From NCBI GenBank assembly GCA_965242925.1, contig CBDEUM010000030.1:160001-224000 (forward strand): 64,000 nt of DNA, read 5' to 3'. Under the pieces are notes generated by a model. It ran no database searches. It was not told the DNA's origin and worked only from the letters and a program-made list of their open reading frames with translations. The translations under genes were made by a program, and so were the position numbers. How positions within the stretch are numbered: position 1 is the first letter of the stretch; every line of letters starts with the position of its first letter. This DNA is from Roseibacillus sp. Lineage in GTDB: Bacteria > Verrucomicrobiota > Verrucomicrobiia > Verrucomicrobiales > Akkermansiaceae. This document shows positions 1 to 9,923 of the stretch, piece after piece.

Positions 1-590
1 AACTCATCACCCACGGTCTCCGCCAATTGCTGGGCAACATGCAGGAAAATCATGGGAACCCCGAGCGAGCGGGTCGAGCGCTCCTCCGTCCACTTTGCTT
101 CCCCGGTCGGCAGGCGCCCCTCGATATACTCCAGGCACAGGCGGAACAGTTGCCGGGCCTGCTCCGTCGAGTCCCCGCAACCCGCGGCCGCCCCGTAGGA
201 AGCCAGGGCCATGACCGCGAAGGCCTCGGAAAAAAAATAACGCCTTTTGCGAAGCGGCTTTCCCTCCCGCGTGACCAGGAAAAACATGCGGTCATCCTCG
301 TCAAAACAATGATCGCGCAGGAAATCGACTCCGCTCCGGGCCCCCTCCAACCACTCCGACCGGGGCTCCACCGTCCGATGCAGCGTCGACAGCAGCCAGG
401 AGAAGCGACCCTGGAACCAGACCGGCTTGTCATCATCGAGCAGGGCCCCGTCCCGTTCCCGCATGGTCAGGTAGCCCCCGTGCGTGGTGTCCAGCGCCCG
501 GGGCAACCAGAACGGCAGGGTGTCCTCCAGCAGGCTCGTTCGATAGAACGCCCCAAGCTCGCTGAGTTCCTCCTCTTGATATCCCCTCAT
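1..590 (-). CDS. N-acylglucosamine 2-epimerase (AGE family), 3' end runs off the window
   Basis: Not in the ORF track. Manual translation from ATG 590 gives MRGYQEEELSELGAFYRTSLLEDTLPFWLPRALDTTHGGYLTMRERDGALLDDDKPVWFQGRFSWLLS...KPLRKRRYFFSEAFAVMA, with typical AGE motifs. Lies downstream of nanA and the SSS gene. Confidence 0.9.
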   Translation of the reverse strand, partial: MRGYQEEELSELGAFYRTSLLEDTLPFWLPRALDTTHGGYLTMRERDGALLDDDKPVWFQGRFSWLLSTLHRTVEPRSEWLEGARSGVDFLRDHCFDEDDRMFFLVTREGKPLRKRRYFFSEAFAVMALASYGAAAGCGDSTEQARQLFRLCLEYIEGRLPTGEAKWTEERSTRSLGVPMIFLHVAQQLAETVGDE

Positions 591-639
591 CACTTCTTGG
601 GATCCTGAGTGGCCGGGACGCAGGAATACCCCTTCCCCC

Positions 640-3387
640 CTATCCTTCGGTTCTCCCCCCGTGAACGGAAAGTTCCTCACCCTGCCCCGTTCCCCCTCCC
701 GTCGCCAGACTCACGAGATAACCCACCACCAGGCAGGAAGCGAAACCGATGAAGGCATTCAGGATTCCTGCAACCTGAATCTTCTCCCCTACCAGGCCCA
801 GTTTGTCTGCGAATTTGATGAAGGCAACGATGCTGATTCCGACCACCGCCCCGGCCATCGCTCCCATTCCATTCCCGCGCTTCGTAAAGATCCCCAACGC
901 GAATATTCCGCCCAACGACCCAGTCGCCAATCCGATGATTCCCATGAAGGTATCAAAGGCGTTCTGGATGTTGGCTGCTGCCACCAGCGCCGCTCCCCCG
1001 ATTCCCAGGAGACCCACGATGATGACGACCCACTTCGCGGACTTGAGATAATCCTCGTCGCTGGCGTCCGGACGGATCAGGCGACCGTCTACATCCTTGG
1101 TCCAGGCCGTGGCGATACTGTTGAGGGAGCTCGAGATCGATGACTGGGAGGCCGCAAAGACCGCCGCAATGATGAGGCCCGCCACCCCCACCGGGAGCTG
1201 CTGCATGATGAAGAAGGGGAGAATCCCGTCGTTCCGCTCCATCGCCGGATCCAGCAGGGCTGGTTGGGTCTTGTAGAAAGCGTAGAGGGCGGTCCCCAGC
1301 AGGAAGAATACAATCGAAAAGCAGACCGACATCCACATCGTGGTCCAGAGCGACTTCCGCGCCCCTCCGATATCCTTCGTGGTGACATAGCGCTGCACCA
1401 CATCCTGGCCCGAGGTGTACTGGATCAACGAGTTGAACCCGAAGGCGAGGAAGATCACCAGGCCAGCCTTGGTCCCATCCTTGATGTCCCACTCCAGGGT
1501 CAGGTTCTGCAGCAACTTGGAATCACTGTTCGCAATCGAGAACAATTCCCCTAATCCCCCCTCGAGCCGGGTCACCACCAGGATGAAACAGAGGATCGCC
1601 CCACCCAGCAGGACCACCGCCTGGATGGCATCGGTCCACACCACCGCCTCGATCCCTCCCATCACGGTGTAGACCACGCACAGCAACCCGATGATGATAA
1701 TGGCGGCGTAGATATCGATATTGGAAACCGCGGACAGGGCCACTGCCGGCAGGTAGAGCACAATCGCAATCCGTCCGATATGCGCGAAGATGAACGAAAA
1801 GCTACCGAAGAGGCGCACGCCCAGGTTAAAACGCCTCTCGAGATAAAGGTAGGCACTGGTGAGATCGAGCTTCCGGAAGAAGGGCAGGTAGAAGCAGACC
1901 ACCACCGGGATGAGGATCAGCATCGCCAGTTGACCGATGTACCAGGTGATATCCGTTCCGTAGGCCCGCGCCGGGATGCTCATGAAGGTGATCGAACTGA
2001 GGACCGTCGCGAAGATCGAGAGGCCGGCCACCAGGAAGGGAATCTTCTGCCCTCCGCGGAAGTAGGCCTCCGTGGTAGCGGCCGCCTTGCGTCTCATGAA
2101 CCAGTAACCGATCCCCACCATCCCCGCGAGATAGACCCCCACCACGATCCAGTTCACCAACCCCAGCCTGGAATCAAGCTTCTGGACCTGAGCCATGATT
2201 ACCTGAGGAGAACGGATACCCGGCTTGATCTCGCCGGTGGGAACGATGAACTTCCCCTTCCACTCCACCACCGGGGTAGTCACCGGAACTGAGATCGGAA
2301 GATCACCCGCCGATTCCGGCAGGTTGCCGGTAGCAGCCCAACTGTCCGTAATCGCATCGTAAGCCCAGAGCGTACGTTCAAACCCGGGATGCTCTTCCCC
2401 GGCCCCATTCAGTTCCGGGCGGTCCTCAAACTGTTGCCGCCAGTAGTCCGCCGAGACCCCACCCAGCATGAGGAGATGCGAAACCCCCACCGGCAGGGCG
2501 GCCGAAGGTGCCGCACTCATCCCCTGCGGTAGATCTACCAGACGCTTCCAAACCGGCTTTTCCCCCTTCATGTTGAGCACGTAACAGTCAGGCAGGATAT
2601 CGAGCTTCTCCTGGTGCACCCTCCCGGGTGCGGGATCTGCCGAGTCGGCATAGTCACGTCCCCCGAACATGTAGAACTGGTCTGACCGCACCCCGGCAAC
2701 CGCATAAGCGCGCCCCCGGGCCATCTCGTCCTTCCCGGTCTCCGGCCAGGGGAGAGGCTCCCACTTCCACTCTCCCTCCTCCTTGCTCGTGTCGAGCATG
2801 TAGGCCTCCTGCGCCGTCCTGAATCCGCCTCCCCCCTTGTTGGTCGCTCCCCCCACCACGATCACCGTCTCTCCCACCACTCCGGCCACACCCTCCACGA
2901 TGGGCAGGGGATACTTGAGCCGTGGGCTGAAGGTCAGTTTTCCCGTCCCATCAACGGTCACCTCCCACACCGCATCGGTGGCGGCCTTCTCCTTGCCCCC
3001 GATGAAAAGAGTCGATCCCCGACTGGGAAGAGTGACCGACATCCCGTAGGCCACCCGCTGTCCAAGCGGACCCTCCAACTTCTCCCACACGGCATCCCCG
3101 GACCCCAGCTCCAGCTTGAAGGCGAGGTCATAGTAGACCTTCACCGGATTCTTTTCCTTCTCCCACGGCCGACCTTTCGGAAAGTTGGCCCCCCCGGCCA
3201 CCACCAGGTAGTCCTTCTTTGTCTCCTTGCTGGTCACGATCCCGGCAAAGGTCCCCGCGAATCCTTCCTCGTCGGGAAGGGCGGGCAGGTGATTCCAGGA
3301 CAACGGGCCCTTGGCGGTCTCTTCAGAGAGGAGGGAGGGACCGCACAGAGCAACGGACAAGGCGAGGACAGGAATGAATGACTTCAT
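640..3387 (-). CDS. Fusion of Kelch-repeat NanM-like (sialic acid mutarotase-like) domain and sodium:solute symporter (SiaT-like)
   Basis: Signal peptide; Kelch motifs (VVAGGANFP, LFIGG, FYMFGGR, GEIKPGIRSP); C-terminal SSS motifs (YFRGG, SAYLYLERRF, GGIEAVVWTD, QDVVQRY). Confidence 0.9.
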   Translation of the reverse strand: MKSFIPVLALSVALCGPSLLSEETAKGPLSWNHLPALPDEEGFAGTFAGIVTSKETKKDYLVVAGGANFPKGRPWEKEKNPVKVYYDLAFKLELGSGDAVWEKLEGPLGQRVAYGMSVTLPSRGSTLFIGGKEKAATDAVWEVTVDGTGKLTFSPRLKYPLPIVEGVAGVVGETVIVVGGATNKGGGGFRTAQEAYMLDTSKEEGEWKWEPLPWPETGKDEMARGRAYAVAGVRSDQFYMFGGRDYADSADPAPGRVHQEKLDILPDCYVLNMKGEKPVWKRLVDLPQGMSAAPSAALPVGVSHLLMLGGVSADYWRQQFEDRPELNGAGEEHPGFERTLWAYDAITDSWAATGNLPESAGDLPISVPVTTPVVEWKGKFIVPTGEIKPGIRSPQVIMAQVQKLDSRLGLVNWIVVGVYLAGMVGIGYWFMRRKAAATTEAYFRGGQKIPFLVAGLSIFATVLSSITFMSIPARAYGTDITWYIGQLAMLILIPVVVCFYLPFFRKLDLTSAYLYLERRFNLGVRLFGSFSFIFAHIGRIAIVLYLPAVALSAVSNIDIYAAIIIIGLLCVVYTVMGGIEAVVWTDAIQAVVLLGGAILCFILVVTRLEGGLGELFSIANSDSKLLQNLTLEWDIKDGTKAGLVIFLAFGFNSLIQYTSGQDVVQRYVTTKDIGGARKSLWTTMWMSVCFSIVFFLLGTALYAFYKTQPALLDPAMERNDGILPFFIMQQLPVGVAGLIIAAVFAASQSSISSSLNSIATAWTKDVDGRLIRPDASDEDYLKSAKWVVIIVGLLGIGGAALVAAANIQNAFDTFMGIIGLATGSLGGIFALGIFTKRGNGMGAMAGAVVGISIVAFIKFADKLGLVGEKIQVAGILNAFIGFASCLVVGYLVSLATGGGTGQGEELSVHGGRTEG

Positions 3388-4316
3388 GAGACTTCAGTAT
3401 CTTGCAGGTTGACCCACTCAAACCAGCCCATTGCCTCGAGCTGGCGGCGGAGTTCGGAAAGCTGCTCGCTGGTGGCAGGCTCGATGGGGCGACGAGCGGG
3501 ACCGCAATCGATTCCCACCATCGACATCATCGCCTTCAGGCTGGCGCGCCCGCAGGTGCCCAGCATGGCCTCCAGCATTTCGAGGGCCCGGGCCTGCCAG
3601 ATCCTCGCCCCGGCAAGGTCCCCTGTCTCGAAGGCCTTCCGCACCTGGTGATAAAGCGGAGCAGCATAATTATAGGTGCTCCCCACCGCTCCCTCATAGC
3701 CCTGCGCCAGGGACTGAATATAAGCCTCATCCGTTCCGCTCAGGAACTCAAGGCCCGGCCCCGCCTTCTGGAGAGCAGACAGGTTATAGGAGGTCCCCGC
3801 ATCGGTGTACTTGATTCCACAGAAGGTCGGGATCGCCTCCACTGCCAGCTCCGTGAAGCGCATTGGATTCATGGAGGCCCCGGAGAGAGCCGGGATGTGA
3901 TAATAATAAAACGGGGTGGCCGGGGCCCCTTCCGCGATGGCAGCCATGAACTCCACCAGTCCACGCTCCCCCTCGGCCTGGAAGTAACCGGTCGGAGTCG
4001 CCGAGATGGCATCGGCTCCGCTGGCTTGCGCGTGGGCCGCCAGCGCAGCCGCCGCCTTCATGCTGTTGTGCCCCACCTGCACCACCGCCTGCATCCGTCC
4101 CTGGCAGTACTGGAGATAGGCTTCCGCCACCGCCATCCGTTCCTCATCGGTCAGGGACATCCCTTCCCCCGTGCTCCCCGCAATATAGACCCCGGCGATT
4201 CGGTTGCGTTCCAGGTGGTCCACGATCTCGGGCACCAACCCCAGGTTGAGCTCCCCGTCATCGGTCATCGGGGTCACCACCGCGGCCACCAGGCCCTGCA
4301 TTCCAAGAGGCTTCAT
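3384..4316 (-). CDS. nanA: N-acetylneuraminate lyase (DHDPS family)
   Basis: GSTGEG, YYYHIP, GIKYT and GAVGSTYN motifs; sialic-acid cluster context. Start uncertain (the ORF extends to 4367). Confidence 0.85.
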   Translation of the reverse strand: MKPLGMQGLVAAVVTPMTDDGELNLGLVPEIVDHLERNRIAGVYIAGSTGEGMSLTDEERMAVAEAYLQYCQGRMQAVVQVGHNSMKAAAALAAHAQASGADAISATPTGYFQAEGERGLVEFMAAIAEGAPATPFYYYHIPALSGASMNPMRFTELAVEAIPTFCGIKYTDAGTSYNLSALQKAGPGLEFLSGTDEAYIQSLAQGYEGAVGSTYNYAAPLYHQVRKAFETGDLAGARIWQARALEMLEAMLGTCGRASLKAMMSMVGIDCGPARRPIEPATSEQLSELRRQLEAMGWFEWVNLQDTEVS

Positions 4317-4465
4317 TCCAGGTTCGTCACTTGCGGAAAGAGCGAGCTTGGCGGGGTGAGGAAACATTTCAAGTCATTCGACCGCCCCCTTCATCCGGGA
4401 GGACCGCACAAGGATGATCCTTCTTTCTCGGCAGGCAGCCCCTTGTCCCTACAGTGACTCCCGCC

Positions 4466-5374
4466 ATGAAACGACGCACCTTCTGCCAGCTCGCGGGGGC
4501 CACCGCCCTCACCGGGCCCGTTTACGCCGGGAAGGCAAAGCAATCGTTCAAGCTCAACTATCTCGTCTCCTCCGCCATGTACGGGACCACCGCCCTCGAC
4601 AAGGTCCTGCCCGAGATCCGGAAGGCCGGGACCAACTTCATTGACATCTGGCCCCGGCCGCACGCCAACCATCGCGAACAGGTCGCCATGATGGGTCTCG
4701 AGGCCTTCGAGGAACTCCTCGCCAGACATGAGGTCAACCTGGGGGTCCTCACCCAGTATAAACTCGGACCCTTCGGGCTCGCACCCGAACTGCCGGTGGC
4801 CCGGCGCTTCGGTTGCCGGATCATTGTGTGCGGGGCAAGCGGCAACCGCAGGGCCACCGGCCCGGCCCTCAAGGCCGAGGTGAAGAAATTCACCGAGGAG
4901 ATGAAACCCCATGCCGATGCCGCCGCCGAGCACGGCGTCACCATCGCGGTGGAAAACCACAGCGGACAGATCCTCGCCACTCCCGATGGCATCAGGTGGT
5001 TTGCCGAACTGGCCACCCACCCTCATCTCGCTCTCGCTTTCGCCCCCCACCATCTTGCCCAGGATGGCGAACTGCAGGGCGACCTCCTTGCCGGTCTCGG
5101 CAGCAAGGTGGCCTTCTTCTACGGACAGCAGCATGGAGCAGGATCAAGCCGGAAGCAACCGCGCGAAAAGGAACTGCTGCAGATGCCCGGTCGCGGCCCT
5201 CTCGACTTCACCCCTCTCCTGCGTGGACTGAAGAAGATCAACTTCACCGGCTTCACCGAGCCCTTCATGCACCCCTTTCCCCGCGGCATTCCCATCCACG
5301 ACTCCACCGCCGGGGTAACGACCGAGATCAACCGCTCCCGGGTTTACCTTGAGAAGTGCCTGCACAACCTTTGA
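4466..5374 (+). CDS. Sugar phosphate isomerase/epimerase (xylose isomerase-like TIM barrel), Tat-exported
   Basis: MKRRTFC twin-arginine signal; IAVENH motif; FTEPFMH. Confidence 0.8.
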   Translation: MKRRTFCQLAGATALTGPVYAGKAKQSFKLNYLVSSAMYGTTALDKVLPEIRKAGTNFIDIWPRPHANHREQVAMMGLEAFEELLARHEVNLGVLTQYKLGPFGLAPELPVARRFGCRIIVCGASGNRRATGPALKAEVKKFTEEMKPHADAAAEHGVTIAVENHSGQILATPDGIRWFAELATHPHLALAFAPHHLAQDGELQGDLLAGLGSKVAFFYGQQHGAGSSRKQPREKELLQMPGRGPLDFTPLLRGLKKINFTGFTEPFMHPFPRGIPIHDSTAGVTTEINRSRVYLEKCLHNL

Positions 5375-5448
5375 TCCCGGCAACATGATCGCATCCCGCG
5401 CTTTACACCCGTTGGTGAAGTGATCCACTAGTCTCCACCCACTCCACC

Positions 5449-6021
5449 ATGTCCCAGGTCCTCCTCATCGTCGGTGACGCCACCGAAACCGTCGACACCC
5501 TCTACCCCTACTACCGCCTCATCGAGGGCGGCTTCCAACCGGTGGTGGCCGCCCCGGAAAAACGCCGCTACCAGATGGTCCTGCACGAGGTCCAGCCGGG
5601 CTGGACCATCACCCGCGAATGGGAAGGCTACTCCATCGAGGCCGACGTGGCCTTCAGCGAAATCGACCCCGCTGACTACCTCGGCATCTTCTTCAGTGGA
5701 GGCCGGGCCCCGGAATACATCCGCTACGACGAGGACCTCGTCCGCATCACCCGGCACTTCTTCGAGGAAAATAAACCGGTCGCCTCCGTCTGCCACGGGG
5801 TTGAGATCCCCGCCTTTGCCGACTGCGTCCGGGACCGCCGGATGGCCACCGTTCCCAAGTGCCGGTTCGACCTCGAGGTCTGCGGGGGCGTTTTCGTCGA
5901 TGAGCCCTGCGTGGTGGACGGAAACCTCATCAGCGGCCGCACCTACCACGACAGCGGACACTTCGTCGGGAAGTGGATCGCTCTTCTCGAGGAAGCCCGG
6001 GCCTCCGCGGCCACCGGCTGA
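5449..6021 (+). CDS. DJ-1/PfpI family protein
   Basis: GGRAPEYIR, VASVCHG and VVDGNLIS motifs. Confidence 0.9.
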   Translation: MSQVLLIVGDATETVDTLYPYYRLIEGGFQPVVAAPEKRRYQMVLHEVQPGWTITREWEGYSIEADVAFSEIDPADYLGIFFSGGRAPEYIRYDEDLVRITRHFFEENKPVASVCHGVEIPAFADCVRDRRMATVPKCRFDLEVCGGVFVDEPCVVDGNLISGRTYHDSGHFVGKWIALLEEARASAATG

Positions 6022-6094
6022 AACCCTCCCATTCCGGACTAGAATCCCCCCTTCCCCTTCCCCTGAATCCCTCTACACTCCCGCCGTGAAAACC

Positions 6095-6784
6095 ATGCGC
6101 TTATCCCTCATCCTCACCACCTTTGCCCTCTCTCTCGCCCTCCCGGCCCACGCCGACAAGGAACTGCCTGTCATCCACAAGGAAGACTTCTCCAAGGATG
6201 CCAGCGCCTGGCAGACCACTGACGACAGCAAGTGGAAACTCACCACCGTGGAGGGCAACCAGGTCTTTGAACTCCTCGGCGTCTCCAAGTATCGTCCCCC
6301 CTTCCGCAGTCCCCACAGCATTGCGCTCCTGAAGGACAGGATCGTGGGTTCCTTCGTCCTCACCGCCCGGATCCAGACCACCCAGACCTCCCGGGGGCAC
6401 CGTGACCTCTGCTTCTTCTTCAACTACCAGGATCCCTCCCACTTCTACTACCTCCACCTCGGAGAAAAGCCCGACCCCAACTCGAGCCAGATCTTCATCG
6501 TCAACCATGCCGCCCGCAAGAACCTCATCCTCACCAAGGAAGGCATCCCCTGGAAGAACGGCCAATTCCACGACCTCAAGATCGTGCGCGACGTCGAGAG
6601 TGGAAAAATCGACGTCTACTTCGACGACATGGAGAAGCCCGTGAAGTCGGCGGTGGACAAGACCTTCACCTGGGGACAGGTCGGCATCGGCTCCTTCGAC
6701 GACAGGGGCTACTTCGACGACATCGTCCTGCGCGGGGTCAAGATCAAGAAGGGGAAGGCCGAGGGCCTGCATCCCAAGAAATGA
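6095..6784 (+). CDS. Secreted beta-sandwich protein (ConA-like/DUF1080-like)
   Basis: Signal peptide MRLSLILTTFALSLALPAHA; GQVGIGSFDD and YFDDIVL motifs; true start lies inside ORF 5474..6784. Confidence 0.7.
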   Translation: MRLSLILTTFALSLALPAHADKELPVIHKEDFSKDASAWQTTDDSKWKLTTVEGNQVFELLGVSKYRPPFRSPHSIALLKDRIVGSFVLTARIQTTQTSRGHRDLCFFFNYQDPSHFYYLHLGEKPDPNSSQIFIVNHAARKNLILTKEGIPWKNGQFHDLKIVRDVESGKIDVYFDDMEKPVKSAVDKTFTWGQVGIGSFDDRGYFDDIVLRGVKIKKGKAEGLHPKK

Positions 6785-6831
6785 TCCACGCTTGCCACCC
6801 CCGCACCCCTGCGCTAAGTCTCCGCCCAGAT

Positions 6832-6906
6832 GCTCGGTTAACTCAGTGGTAGAGTGCATCCTTCACACGGATGAAGTCACTGGTTCAAATCCAGTACCGA
6901 GCACCA
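6832..6906 (+). tRNA. tRNA-Val (anticodon CAC)
   Basis: GCTCGGT acceptor stem pairing with ACCGAGC, D-loop AGTGGTA, anticodon arm CATCC-TT-CAC-AC-GGATG, T-loop GGTTCAAATCC, encoded CCA. Confidence 0.97.
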
Positions 6907-7069
6907 TCTCTCCCCTGACGGACTGGACGCCCCCTGTCAGTTGAGCGTCCCGGGAGATATCGCCTCGCACCCTGCGGAAAACCACCAGCGGCCTAAATCC
7001 GTACTCTGTAAATTCGATTTCCCTTAGAAGGATTGTCTATATACCGTGGGGGTAGCGCTGCACATTACC

Positions 7070-9808
7070 ATGAACATACTCTCCTCCACTCATTCACCCG
7101 CCAGGCGGGTTGCCCTCTTCTCGATCCTCTGCCTCTGCCCGGTCGCAGCCACTCTACGTGCCGCCCCGGATTCAATCGTCCAGGAAGTGACCTTGGAAAA
7201 TGAGACTGTGACCATGCGCCTTACGCGGCAGGACCTCCGCGGCGCGCACTTCGACTACAGGTCACAGCAGGCCGGGGGCGGATTCCGTCGTCTCATTCCC
7301 GTTCCCGAGCGCTCCTACCTGGGGACCGTGGACGGGGCTCCGGGCGCCGTATCCTGTGGCATCCAACTTGACGACGGCACCTTCAAGGGCGCTATCCTGT
7401 TCGAACGGGGCACTACTTGGTACACCCTTGGCGAAAGCGTGATCCGAACCCAGGCGCTCCCCTACGAGAACTTTACCGATTACAGGTTTCCTGTCGGACC
7501 GACCGTCACCTCAGGCCAGGGAGGCTCCCGGATGCATGCCTTCGACCTCGCTGTTGACGTTTCCAGCAACTATTACACTCAGGCCGGGAACCAACCAGCA
7601 CCTGCCCTGGAGCGGGTGGAATTCACCGTGGCTCTCACGAGGGCCATTTACATGAGGGATGCTCTGATTCGTCCCTACCTGGGACGCGTCATCCTGCGGA
7701 CCGATGCCGGTCAGGATCCCTATAACGGCGCGCCCAATTTCTATAATATCGCGACCCGGGCGCGGGATGAATGGAATATCAATCAGGGCGATTCTGTCCG
7801 CCACCTCGTGGCAATCGTCTGGGGAGGAGGATCTCTATATGGGTGGTCCTGGAGAGGAGCGGTTGGAACAAATAATGGATATTCCGCCGTCCAGAGCGGC
7901 CCTGCGGGAGAATTTGATGACCTCCTGAGAAGACAACTTGGATACAACTGGAATTGCGCGCAAGACGCAGGAGGAAATCCTGAAGGCTTGGGCATCATGG
8001 GAAACGGCGGACCTGCCCGGATCAGCGGATGCGAAAACTACCTGATCCTCAATTATCGCAACCTCAGAGCCAATGCGGGCGTTATCCAGAGGGATCAAGA
8101 CGGTTACAGCGAGGTGGAGCTCCCACCATATGCAAGCATGGATACCGTCCAATTCCAGCGGCCAATGACTGGCTCCGTGCTGGTATCAGATAATCATCCC
8201 GTCCGAGTCCTCGTCCCCCATCGCAACCTCGGAGCTACGTGGCACGGCGGCAATGAGCCCTACAATGACCAGGCTTGGAATACCGGCGTGAATGGCGTGG
8301 GTTTCGAACGCAACCCCAACAACAACATCAATTACACCGCCTACATCAGGACAGATGTGAATTCTGAGATGGCAACCAACACGAGTTGTTTCATCCGCAT
8401 CCCCTTCACTGCAGATGAAGAAGGTCTTTCGACCTGGAACAGGATGACCTTTCAGATGCGATATGATGATGGATTCATCGCCTATCTTAACGGCAGAGAG
8501 GTTTTGTCCGTCAACGCCCCCCTGAACCCAGGCCATCTCTCTTCCGCAACGCAACTCAACGCAGACAGCTCAGCCATCAACTACCAGAGGTTCAACCTCA
8601 CAGAGCACCTCGATGTCCTGCAGGCAGGAGAGAACATGCTCGCCATCCACGGCCTCAATGAAAGCACCGGAAGCAGCGACTTTCTCATTCAGGCCAAACT
8701 GATTGCCGGGATCGATTCCGGATTGCCCTCCCCGCCAACAGCCATATCCCCGCTCAACAATGACCATGATGCCAACGGACAACTGCTCACCCTGTCCTCC
8801 TTCGAGGCCAACAGCGCTGCTGGTGGAACTGTAACACGGGACGGCAGTCGACTCGTCTACACGCCTCCCCTGACCCTCGCGGGAGAGGACTGGTTCCACT
8901 ACACGATCTCTGACACAGCTGGAAAAACAGGTCGAGGAGTGGTTCTTATTGATTCCACTCCTTTCCTCAACAACCTCGACCTCACTCCATCAAGTCGCTC
9001 GATTTCCGCATCCGGTGGTTCCTTTCACCTGGACGTCGAATCAAGAACCTCCTGGAATTGGCGCCGAAGGACGGAAACCAGTACGTGGCTCACGACCGGC
9101 GAACCCTTCACTCAGGTCGGCAATCAGATGTTTTCGTATAATGCCGCCATCAACCCTTCCCCCCTGCCGCGGACCGCACAGCTCATCTTCACCGAGGGCG
9201 ACACCATGCAGATTCACGAAATCACCCAGGCCGGCAACCCCGATATCCACGGCAATACCCGGGAGACCGCAGCCGTGCTCGAGGTTGATTCCCCCCTCTC
9301 AGCCAGCTTGGACAGTCCGGGCGATGTCGATTTCTTCAAAATAGAGGTCGCGGCCGAGAGCATCCTGACCCTGGGAACAACAGGCCAGACGGATACACTT
9401 GGCACATTGATGGATTCTTCGGGGAGAATCCTGATTCAGAATAACAATGGCATCAACGGCGGTGAGATAAACTTCCAGATCCTCTACCGCGCGAGACCCG
9501 GGACCTACTACCTCCGGGTCCGACACCCTCTGGCCAGCGGCACGGGACAATACGTCCTGACTGGTTCGCTGGCGTTCATTCCTTACCTGACCATCCGATC
9601 CACTGATAGCGAACAAGGGGAGACAATTGTCGATCTGGCTTTCACCAGTCAGACCGGGGAATCCTACCGGATCGAGAGTTCCGCTGACCTGGTCAATTGG
9701 GACACCGTCGAGGAAGGCTTGCTCGCAGAGAGCACGACTGTCGAACGCAGTTACCCTTTCAACACCACCGCGAGTCCAAGGCTGTTCCTTCGCGTGCGGC
9801 AGGAATAA
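7070..9808 (+). CDS. Large secreted multidomain protein: degenerate reprolysin (M12B)-like domain, beta-sandwich, Ig/cadherin-like, BACON-like, PPC-like and conserved C-terminal domain
   Basis: Signal peptide; RQLGYNWNCAQD at the zinc-motif position; YDDGFIAYLNGREV; NDHDANG...FHYTISD; DIHGNT...DVDFFKI; C-terminal YRIESSADLVNW...FLRVRQE. Confidence 0.75.
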   Translation: MNILSSTHSPARRVALFSILCLCPVAATLRAAPDSIVQEVTLENETVTMRLTRQDLRGAHFDYRSQQAGGGFRRLIPVPERSYLGTVDGAPGAVSCGIQLDDGTFKGAILFERGTTWYTLGESVIRTQALPYENFTDYRFPVGPTVTSGQGGSRMHAFDLAVDVSSNYYTQAGNQPAPALERVEFTVALTRAIYMRDALIRPYLGRVILRTDAGQDPYNGAPNFYNIATRARDEWNINQGDSVRHLVAIVWGGGSLYGWSWRGAVGTNNGYSAVQSGPAGEFDDLLRRQLGYNWNCAQDAGGNPEGLGIMGNGGPARISGCENYLILNYRNLRANAGVIQRDQDGYSEVELPPYASMDTVQFQRPMTGSVLVSDNHPVRVLVPHRNLGATWHGGNEPYNDQAWNTGVNGVGFERNPNNNINYTAYIRTDVNSEMATNTSCFIRIPFTADEEGLSTWNRMTFQMRYDDGFIAYLNGREVLSVNAPLNPGHLSSATQLNADSSAINYQRFNLTEHLDVLQAGENMLAIHGLNESTGSSDFLIQAKLIAGIDSGLPSPPTAISPLNNDHDANGQLLTLSSFEANSAAGGTVTRDGSRLVYTPPLTLAGEDWFHYTISDTAGKTGRGVVLIDSTPFLNNLDLTPSSRSISASGGSFHLDVESRTSWNWRRRTETSTWLTTGEPFTQVGNQMFSYNAAINPSPLPRTAQLIFTEGDTMQIHEITQAGNPDIHGNTRETAAVLEVDSPLSASLDSPGDVDFFKIEVAAESILTLGTTGQTDTLGTLMDSSGRILIQNNNGINGGEINFQILYRARPGTYYLRVRHPLASGTGQYVLTGSLAFIPYLTIRSTDSEQGETIVDLAFTSQTGESYRIESSADLVNWDTVEEGLLAESTTVERSYPFNTTASPRLFLRVRQE

Positions 9809-9923
9809 TTTTCCTGCCTGCCCCCACTGAAGCCCTTCCTTCCAGAGACCACATTCACGGCAGGCGCAGACACGAATGGGTCTTATCGTCACAGCACCCA
9901 GTCGACCACGCTCCGTCCATCGC

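Noticed and set aside
27..608. 193-aa + strand ORF
   Set aside because: Antisense shadow of the AGE epimerase on the - strand.
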